A DNA stretch of 64,000 nt, taken from contig JBDTNH010000002.1 in NCBI GenBank assembly GCA_039933845.1, positions 1,411 to 65,410 on the forward strand, written 5' to 3'. Origin of the DNA: Gemmatimonadota bacterium. Lineage in GTDB: Bacteria; Gemmatimonadota; Gemmatimonadetes; Gemmatimonadales; GWC2-71-9. How positions within the stretch are numbered: the first letter of the stretch is position 1; the number at the start of each line of letters is the position of its first letter. Under the pieces are notes generated by a model. The model ran no database searches. It saw nothing but the letters and a program-made list of their open reading frames with translations, and was not told the DNA's origin. The translations under genes were made by a program, and so were the position numbers. Positions 27,102 through 34,326 of this stretch are shown one piece after another.

Positions 27102-27572
27102 GGGCGACCGTAAGGCCGCCCGGCGCTACCAATGAACGGCGGCCGTCCATCTGCAATCCCGCATTTTGGGAGCGGCCGTCTGGCCGCTCGGCGCGACCAA
27201 TGAACCGCAATCATCCAACGCCGACCAAATGACGGCGGCCCACCGGTAGCCGTGCCGAGCGGCCTGATGGCCGCTCCTAAATGCACGCGAGCGCCTTTAA
27301 GGAGCGACCGTAAGGTCGCTCGGCGCTACCAATGAACCGCTGCCGTCCACCTGTGATGCCGCATTTAGGCACGACCGTGAGGTCGTGCGGCGCTACCAAT
27401 GAAGGTCGCTTTTCGTGTGTGGATGTCTTACGGCCACTCATCACGGGTCGTGCCGGGCGACTTCACAGTCGCCCCTAAATGCAGCGGTCAATGGTCGTGC
27501 TGAGCGGCCTGACGGCCGCTCCTAAATGCATCGGTCATGGGTCTTGCCGGGCGACTTCACAGTCGCCCCTAA
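27014..27572. repeat. REP array, left flank of RAYT (family A)
   Basis: About 9 units of TTTAGG-[8-bp stem]-GTNA-[stem']-GGCGCGACCAATGAAC. Forward copies run from 27028. Inverted copies end in CCTAAA at ~27281, 27480 and 27524, and in CCTAAG at 27571. Confidence 0.85.
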
Positions 27573-28018
27573 GGCGAACGAAACGGATTGTCCCGGATGT
27601 ATGCCTCGGCCGTTGCCAAACGGCGCGGGCTGGTCAGGAACCGTACATCGAATCCCTTCTGCCACAGTCGCTCTTCTGGGCCGAGATCGCCACTTGCCCG
27701 AGCAAGTCGCGTGGCCTCCGCCTTGAATCCCCCGACGACGCGGGACAAGGCGCCGGCCCGACCTGGCGGCACCTCTGTCCAATGGAGAATCCCGTGGAAG
27801 TGGTCCGGCATCACGACGGAGACGCCAAGGCTGATCCACGGGCGATGGGTCGGGATCAATTCCCAAGCCGTCGCGACGATCTCCCCGATCGATGACACTG
27901 GTGATCCGGTCCGGTTGGTCGAAGCGAGGAGGCCATGCCGCCGGTACGTCACCGTGGTGATCAGGTGGTACGCCGGCGGGGCAGCTGACAGGATTTCATT
28001 GCGCGGTCGAATGGACAT
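27569..28018 (-). CDS. REP-associated tyrosine transposase (RAYT; IS200/IS605-type Y1 transposase fold)
   Basis: MSIRPRNEILSAAPPAYHLITTVTYRRHGLL... HUH motif VVMPDHFHGIL. Catalytic-Tyr motif AEAYIRDNPF. ATG at 28018. The TAG stop lies inside the flanking REP (CCTTAGGGGCGAC). Confidence 0.8.
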   Translation of the reverse strand: MSIRPRNEILSAAPPAYHLITTVTYRRHGLLASTNRTGSPVSSIGEIVATAWELIPTHRPWISLGVSVVMPDHFHGILHWTEVPPGRAGALSRVVGGFKAEATRLARASGDLGPEERLWQKGFDVRFLTSPRRLATAEAYIRDNPFRSP

Positions 28019-28094
28019 GTCGCACGAAACGCGGATCCCATTGATTCGCACCACCGATTCAATGCACGATTGGACGAAACGCCGCACGATCGCA

Positions 28095-28910
28095 CTTGGG
28101 GCGACGGTCACGTCGCCCCTCCCAACCCCCCACCGCACCATTTAGGCACGACCGTCAGGTCGTGCGGCGCGACCAATGAACCGCGGCCATCCAACGGTGA
28201 TCATGTAACCGCCGGACATCATGGGTGTTGCCGAGCGGCGTGACCGCCGCTCCTGAATGCATCGGTCACGGGTATTGCCGGGCGACTTCACAGTCGCCCC
28301 TAAATGCACGCGGGCATCCACCGGCGACCGTCAGGTCGCCCCCAAAATCCCCCCCGGCCCATTTAGGGGCGACCGTCAGGTCGCCCGGCGCGACCAATGA
28401 ACGGCGGCCATCCATCGTCGACCATGTGACGGCGGGACATCATGGGTATTGCCGGGCGACTTCACAGTCGCCCCTAAATGCAGGCGGCCACCTTAGGCAC
28501 GACCGTCAAGTCGTGCGGCGCGACCAATGAACCGCGGCCATCCAACGGTGATCATGTAACCGCCGGACATCATGGGTGTTGCCGAGCGGCGTGACCGCCG
28601 CTCCTGAATGCATCGGTCACGGGTATTGCCGGGCGACTTCACAGTCGCCCCTAAATGCACGCGGGCATCCACCGGCGACCGTCAGGTCGCCCCCAAAATC
28701 CCCCCCGGCCCATTTAGGGGCGACCGTCAGGTCGCCCGGCGCGACCAATGAACGGCGGCCATCCATGGTCGATCATGTGTCGGCCGGGCATCATGGGTTG
28801 TGCCGAGCGGCGTGACCGCCGCTCCTGAGGCAGTCGCCCATGAATGCAGGCAATTATCATTGGTTGTGCCGAGCGACCTGACGGTCGCTCCTAATACGGT
28901 CGTCCCTAAA
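28095..28910. repeat. REP array, right flank of RAYT, including a 351-bp tandem duplication
   Basis: More than 12 REP units in both orientations. Block 28142..28492 is repeated at 28493 onward with a 351-bp period. The first ~273 bp are near-identical. Confidence 0.85.
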
Positions 28911-28923
28911 GTGTGGAGGAACT

Positions 28924-30225
28924 GTGATTCCATGGATTCGACGGGCGACCATCCTGTCGCCCCTGATTATCGCCGCCTGCGCCCCCGCCGCGCCGGCGCG
29001 GCCAGACCTCGACACGATCGCGACCCGGTATGTCGTGCTCGCCCTGTCGATGGGTCGTCACGACCCGGCCTACGTCGATGCCTACTACGGTCCCGATTCG
29101 CTCAAGGCCCAGGCCAACGTCGAAAAGTTGTCGCTCGACGCCATCCGCGCCGCGGCCGACTCGCTGATCGCTCAACTCGGTGACAGCGTGCCGACCTACG
29201 ACGATTCGCTCGCCACGATGCGGCACCGCTACCTCCGGACCCAGCTCGGTTCGATGGTCGCGCGTGCTCAGATGCTGGCGGGCACCACGCTCACGTTTGA
29301 TCAAGAGGCGAAGGCGCTCTACGACGCGACACCGCCGCATCTTTCCGATGCGCACTTCGACTCGCTCCTGAATGCGCTCGACTCACTCGTGCCGGGCCGG
29401 GGACCACTCGCGACTCGGTATCAGGCGTTCCGGAAGCGCGTCGAGATCCCGACCACCCTGGTCGACACCGTCTTCAAGACCGCCATCGCCGCGTGTCGTG
29501 AGCGAACACTCGCACACATCACGCTTCCCGCCGGCGAGACGTTCGACCTCGAGTACGTCACCGGTACCTCGTGGAATGCCTACAACTGGTACAAGGGCAA
29601 TTCGCATTCGCTGATCCAGGTCAACACGGACTTCCCGATCGAGGTCGATCGCGCGATCGACCTCGCGTGCCATGAGGGATACCCGGGCCACCACGTCTAC
29701 AACGCGTCGCTCGAGACGGCGCTGGTGCGGGGCCGCGACTGGGTCGAATTCTCGGTCTACCCGCTCTTCTCGCCGCAGTCGCTCATCGCCGAAGGCAGCG
29801 CCAACTTCGGGATCGAGATGGCGTTCCCCGGCGACGAGCGCACCGCGTTCGAGCATGACGTGCTCTTTCCGCTCGCAGGTCTCGATGCGTCGCTCGCCGA
29901 GCAGAATGCCAAGATTCGGGCGATCAACACCGAGCTCAACTACGCCCGGAACGAAGTGGCCCGCCAGTACCTCGATGGCGGCATGGACAGCACCCAGGCG
30001 GTGGCCGCGATGGAGCGCTACTGGTTGCAGAGTCCGGCTGCAGGCGCCAAGACGCTCCAGTTCATCAAGGACTACCGGAGTTACGTGATCAACTACAACC
30101 TCGGCCGCGACCTCGTGGCCGATTGGGTGTCGCGTGAAGGTGGTACCGATCCGGCTGCGCGCTGGCGTGCCTTCGCGTCCCTGCTGGCCTCGCCACGGCT
30201 GCCGAGCGACCTCGCGGCACCCTGA
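28924..30225 (+). CDS. putative metallopeptidase-like lipoprotein (DUF885-like, HEGYPGHH motif)
   Basis: 433 aa. Lipobox LIIAAC and motif DLACHEGYPGHHVYN. GTG start with GGAGGA upstream. Confidence 0.5.
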   Translation: MIPWIRRATILSPLIIAACAPAAPARPDLDTIATRYVVLALSMGRHDPAYVDAYYGPDSLKAQANVEKLSLDAIRAAADSLIAQLGDSVPTYDDSLATMRHRYLRTQLGSMVARAQMLAGTTLTFDQEAKALYDATPPHLSDAHFDSLLNALDSLVPGRGPLATRYQAFRKRVEIPTTLVDTVFKTAIAACRERTLAHITLPAGETFDLEYVTGTSWNAYNWYKGNSHSLIQVNTDFPIEVDRAIDLACHEGYPGHHVYNASLETALVRGRDWVEFSVYPLFSPQSLIAEGSANFGIEMAFPGDERTAFEHDVLFPLAGLDASLAEQNAKIRAINTELNYARNEVARQYLDGGMDSTQAVAAMERYWLQSPAAGAKTLQFIKDYRSYVINYNLGRDLVADWVSREGGTDPAARWRAFASLLASPRLPSDLAAP

Positions 30226-30304
30226 GCGGGCCGGAGGCTATAATTGAGGGCTAGGCACCGCGCGTCGAGCGGTGCCGTGTGGCCTCTTGACCCAGGGAAC
30301 CATC

Positions 30305-31540
30305 ATGACTGCTCGCCACTTTCGCTCACTCGCGCTCGTTGCCGCCGTCGTCGTCGCCGGCTTGGCGATGCGACCGCACCCCGTCGCAACCTGCGACCCA
30401 GACAACGCTGGCCTCACCCTGCCTGCCGGCTTCTGCGCCACCCTGTTCGCCGAAGTCTCCGGTGCTCGTCACCTCGCGGTCTCGCCCGACGGCGTGGTCT
30501 TCGCGGGGAGCCGAGTTCGGGAGGGTGGCGGCGCGGTCGCGATGCGTGATGCCGATGGTGATGGCCATGCCGAGCAGGTGGCACGGTTTGGTCGAGGCAG
30601 CGGGACCGGGATCGGTGCGACCGCCGATGCGGTCTGGTTCGGCCTGGACGATCGGATCATTCGGTATCCGCGCTCGCGCGGTGAGCTGGCCCCGTCCGGC
30701 GACGGCACCGTGATCGTCTCCGGACTCCCGACCGGTGGGCACAGCGCGACGACGCTCACGCTCGGTCCTGATGGTGCGATGTACGTCGATCATGGTTCGC
30801 GCACCAACTCCTGCCAGGCGGAAGACCGGCAGGACCGCTCACCCGGCGTGCGTCCGTGTCCGGAACTCTCTGAGCGTGCCGGTATCTGGCGCTACGATGC
30901 GAATCGTGCCGGTCAGACACCGGCGAGTGGTGTGCACTGGGGCACGGGGTTTCGAAATGCGATGGCCATCGCCGTGCATCCGACCACCGGCCTGCTGTGG
31001 GGCGCCTCGCACGGCCGCGATCAGCTCGCGGCCAACTGGGGCTTCAGCAATGAGGCGAGTGCGGAGAAGCCGGCCGAGGAGTTCGGGCCGATCGCGAAGG
31101 GTGCGGATTTCGGCTGGCCCTACTGCTATTACGACGGTGAGCTGAAGGCGAAGGTGCAGGCGCCGGAGTACGGCGGCGACGGCAAGAAGATCGGCGAGTG
31201 CGGAGCCAAGACGCAGCCGGCGATCGCGTTCCCCGGACACTGGGCGCCGATGCAGGTGGCGTTCAATCCGCATGCCGCTCTCGGTGCGGCATATCAGAAC
31301 GGGGCGTTCCTCGCCTTCCATGGTTCATGGAATCGTGCGCCATTGCCGCAGGCCGGCTTCCGGGTCGTCTTCATGCCATTCAAGGACAACAAGCCCACGG
31401 GTGTCTATTCGACTTTCGCCGTCGGATCGACCGGTGAGACCTCGCTCCGGCCGAGTGGTGTTGCGGTGGGTCCCGATGGAGCGCTGTACATCGCGTCTGA
31501 CCAGAGCGGCAAGGTCTGGCGCATCACACGTACCAACTGA
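30305..31540 (+). CDS. PQQ-dependent sugar (sorbosone/glucose) dehydrogenase family protein, secreted
   Basis: MTARHFRSLALVAAVVVAG signal peptide. GFRNAMAIAVHPTTGLLWGASHGRD and GADFGWPYCY beta-propeller signatures. Confidence 0.7.
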   Translation: MTARHFRSLALVAAVVVAGLAMRPHPVATCDPDNAGLTLPAGFCATLFAEVSGARHLAVSPDGVVFAGSRVREGGGAVAMRDADGDGHAEQVARFGRGSGTGIGATADAVWFGLDDRIIRYPRSRGELAPSGDGTVIVSGLPTGGHSATTLTLGPDGAMYVDHGSRTNSCQAEDRQDRSPGVRPCPELSERAGIWRYDANRAGQTPASGVHWGTGFRNAMAIAVHPTTGLLWGASHGRDQLAANWGFSNEASAEKPAEEFGPIAKGADFGWPYCYYDGELKAKVQAPEYGGDGKKIGECGAKTQPAIAFPGHWAPMQVAFNPHAALGAAYQNGAFLAFHGSWNRAPLPQAGFRVVFMPFKDNKPTGVYSTFAVGSTGETSLRPSGVAVGPDGALYIASDQSGKVWRITRTN

Positions 31541-31549
31541 GGCAACACC

Positions 31550-32092
31550 ATGAAGCTGTTTCCACGAACACTGACGCTCGCCGCGGCCATCTGTGGTGTC
31601 ACGTCGATTTCCGCTGCACAGGGTCCGGCCGTGGGCGACATGGCCCCCGATTGGAAGTTGCCGATCTCGACCATGGCCGGCGTGGGTGATTCCCTCGCGC
31701 TCTCTTCGCTCCAGGGCAAGACGGTCGTCCTTGCCTTCTTCCCGAAGGCCCGGACCGGCGGCTGCACGATTCAGATGCGCGCCTACCGCGACCGATTCAA
31801 GGAGTTGTTCGGTGAGGGCGGCGATGTCGTCTTGATCGCGATCTCGAAGGACACCCCGGCTGAGTTGGCGAGCTGGGCGGCCGATGAGAAGTTCCCGTTC
31901 CGCTTCGCGGCCGACGTCGATGGGGCTGCCGGAACGGCGTATGGCACCCTCGCCGAGGGCCGCCAGTGGGAATCCAGGGTGCTCTTCGTGGTCGGGCCCA
32001 CCGGCAAGATCCAGACAGTGATGCGGCCGTTTCGGGAGATCGATCCGACCGCCTATGACGAGTTGAAGACGGCGGTCCGGGCCGCCAAGTGA
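31550..32092 (+). CDS. secreted peroxiredoxin (AhpC/TSA, Bcp-like)
   Basis: Signal peptide. GKTVVLAFFPKARTGGCTIQ (peroxidatic Cys context). Confidence 0.8.
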   Translation: MKLFPRTLTLAAAICGVTSISAAQGPAVGDMAPDWKLPISTMAGVGDSLALSSLQGKTVVLAFFPKARTGGCTIQMRAYRDRFKELFGEGGDVVLIAISKDTPAELASWAADEKFPFRFAADVDGAAGTAYGTLAEGRQWESRVLFVVGPTGKIQTVMRPFREIDPTAYDELKTAVRAAK

Positions 32093-32099
32093 CCATCGC

Positions 32100-32133
32100 G
32101 GGCCGTCGGGGTGCAACCTCGATGGCCCGTTTC
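32100..32133 (+). terminator. candidate intrinsic terminator after the peroxiredoxin gene
   Basis: GGGCCGTCG / CGATGGCCC 9-bp stem (one G-U pair) followed by GTTTCG. The T-tract is short. Confidence 0.35.
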
Positions 32134-32213
32134 GCGTAGCAGAGGGCTGGGCCGGGGTAGGCTCCAGTCCTCATGATTCCCCCAATCGATCCCACTTCCT
32201 CGGAGTTGACGCC

Positions 32214-34316
32214 GTGTCCTCTCGGATAGCCCGCCACGCCTCACCTGCCGCCCTCGTGCTCCTTCTAGGGGGCCTGGTTGTTTCGCTGCCTGCCCAGGAT
32301 CGCCTCAAGGAGATGCCGGGCTACGCCCGCTACACCGAGATGGCGCCCAAGATCGGTAGCGCGGTCACGCGCGGCCAGATCACCGCCGATTGGGCGGACG
32401 ACAGCAAGTCGTTCACCTACGCACTCAACGGCAAGCGCTACAGCTACGATGTCGGCAAGCGGCATGGGACCGAGGTCGCCATGCCCGAGTCGAATCGCGG
32501 CACGGGCAACCGCCGTGGCGCGGGTCCTGGCCGGGGACGGCAGGCCGCCGAAGCCTTCTCGCCCGATTCATCGAAGAAGGTGTTCTATCGCGACCGGAAC
32601 GTCTGGCTGAGCGCGGCCGATGGCAGCGGCGAACAGCCGTTGACCACCGATGGGAGCGAGGAGCGACGGATCAAGTACGGCACCGCGAGCTGGGTCTACG
32701 GCGAGGAGCTTCGCCAGACCAGCGCGATGTGGTGGTCGCCGGACGGCACCAAGGTCGCGTACTACCGGTTCGATGAGAGTCCGGTCAAGGACTACTTCCT
32801 CCAGATGGACCAGACCAAGCTGTACGACGACGTCGCGACCGAGGCCTATCCCAAGGCCGGTACCGACAATCCCATCGTCGATCTCTACGTCTACGACGTC
32901 GCCTCGGCGAAGACCACCAAGGTCGAGGTCCGGAACGGCAAGGCGTCGGCCGACAACGTCGTTGGCTACTACGTCTATGGCGTACGGTGGAGCCCGGACG
33001 GCAGCGAGCTGCTCTTCAATCGGACCAACCGTCGCCAGAACATCATGGAGTTCACCGCCTGCGCGCCGGCGACTGGTGCCTGCCGCGTGATCGTCCGTGA
33101 GTCGTGGCCGGCCTCGTGGACTGAGAACTCGCCGACCATCCGCTGGCTCGAGGATGGCAAGCGTTTCATCTGGGAGTCGGAGCGAACCGGCTTCAACAAC
33201 TACTACCTCTATGACATCAGCGGCAAGTTGCTGGCGACGCTGACCGATCATCCGTTCGAAGTCAACGGGATCGTCAAGGTCGACGAGCAGGCGAAGCAAC
33301 TCTGGTACTATGCCCGGAGCGGCGACAACTACATGAAGGTGCAGTTGCACCGCGTGGGACTCGACGGCAAGAACGATCGTCGCCTGACCGACCCGGCCTT
33401 CATGCACAGCGTCACACTGGCCCCCGACAACAAGACGTTCGTCGATGTCGCGCAGACGCATGACACGCCGCCGGTCAGCCGGCTCCTGGATGCGAGCGGC
33501 AAGGTCCTCGCCACCATCGCCGAGAGTGATGACAGCGGGGCCAAGGCACTCGGCCTCAAGCCGGTTGAGTTGTTCACTTACACGTCGGCGGACGGCAAGA
33601 CGCCGCTCCACGGCATGGTCAACTTCCCGTCCAATTTCGATCCGTCGAAGAAGTATCCGGTGATCTTCTCGGTGTACGGTGGTCCGGCGACGAACGGCGC
33701 GCGTGAGAACTACGCCACGCCACATCCGTATACGGAGTACGGCTTCCTGGTGGTGACGCTTGATACCCGCAGCGCGGCGGGTCGGGGCAAGCACTTCCTC
33801 GACGCGATCTACGAGAAGCTCGGCGTGCCCGAGATCGATGACATGGCTGCGGCCTCGAGGTATCTCGCCGCCCGGCCCTACGTCGACGGTACGCGGGTCG
33901 GAATCTTCGGCACCTCCTACGGCGGCTACTCGTCGGCGATGGCGCTGCTCCGGCACCCGGAGGCGTTCTCTGCCGCTTCGGCGTCCTCACCCGTGACCGC
34001 GTGGTATCACTACGACACGATCTACACCGAGCGCTACATGTACACGCCAGAGGCCAACAAGGCCGGCTATGAGGCGGGCGATGCGATGAACTACGCCAAG
34101 GACCTCAACGGCCGCCTCATGCTCTATTACGGCACCGCCGACGACAACGTCCATCCGAACAACATGATGCAGTTGATCCAGGCACTGCAGAAGGCCGGCA
34201 AGAGTTTCGAGGTGCAGGTTGGCCCGGATGCCGGTCACTCGGGCCTCAACTCGAGCAGGATGATGGAGTTCTTCATCGAGAACCTGGTGATGCGTCCGGC
34301 CAAGCTGACGAGCTGA
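32214..34316 (+). CDS. S9 family peptidase, dipeptidyl peptidase IV-like
   Basis: 700 aa with an N-terminal DPPIV beta-propeller. Catalytic Ser in GIFGTSYGGY, plus C-terminal Asp/His (YGTADDNVH, DAGHSG). Confidence 0.85.
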   Translation: MSSRIARHASPAALVLLLGGLVVSLPAQDRLKEMPGYARYTEMAPKIGSAVTRGQITADWADDSKSFTYALNGKRYSYDVGKRHGTEVAMPESNRGTGNRRGAGPGRGRQAAEAFSPDSSKKVFYRDRNVWLSAADGSGEQPLTTDGSEERRIKYGTASWVYGEELRQTSAMWWSPDGTKVAYYRFDESPVKDYFLQMDQTKLYDDVATEAYPKAGTDNPIVDLYVYDVASAKTTKVEVRNGKASADNVVGYYVYGVRWSPDGSELLFNRTNRRQNIMEFTACAPATGACRVIVRESWPASWTENSPTIRWLEDGKRFIWESERTGFNNYYLYDISGKLLATLTDHPFEVNGIVKVDEQAKQLWYYARSGDNYMKVQLHRVGLDGKNDRRLTDPAFMHSVTLAPDNKTFVDVAQTHDTPPVSRLLDASGKVLATIAESDDSGAKALGLKPVELFTYTSADGKTPLHGMVNFPSNFDPSKKYPVIFSVYGGPATNGARENYATPHPYTEYGFLVVTLDTRSAAGRGKHFLDAIYEKLGVPEIDDMAAASRYLAARPYVDGTRVGIFGTSYGGYSSAMALLRHPEAFSAASASSPVTAWYHYDTIYTERYMYTPEANKAGYEAGDAMNYAKDLNGRLMLYYGTADDNVHPNNMMQLIQALQKAGKSFEVQVGPDAGHSGLNSSRMMEFFIENLVMRPAKLTS

Positions 34317-34326
34317 GCACCGCTCG

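Larger units (their letters stand above)
27014..28910. mobile_element. REP/RAYT locus (RAYT gene flanked by REP/REPIN arrays)
   Basis: See the component features: a Y1 transposase-like ORF flanked on both sides by more than 20 REP hairpin units in both orientations. Confidence 0.8.

Noticed and set aside
28225-28815. Two ORFs with identical 63-aa N-termini (28225..28530, 28576..28815), plus other small ORFs across REPs (24602..24817, 27098..27286, 22712..22897)
   Set aside because: They are translations of REP DNA (recurrent GATVRSPGATNE peptides). Their similarity comes from the 351-bp DNA duplication, and they have no start-site context.
27014-28910. Possible CRISPR array (many short GC-rich palindromic repeats)
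   Set aside because: The units occur in both orientations with irregular spacing. The spacers are themselves conserved (GGCGCGACCAATGAAC...), there is no uniform repeat/spacer periodicity, and no cas genes are present. The features fit REP/REPIN elements instead.
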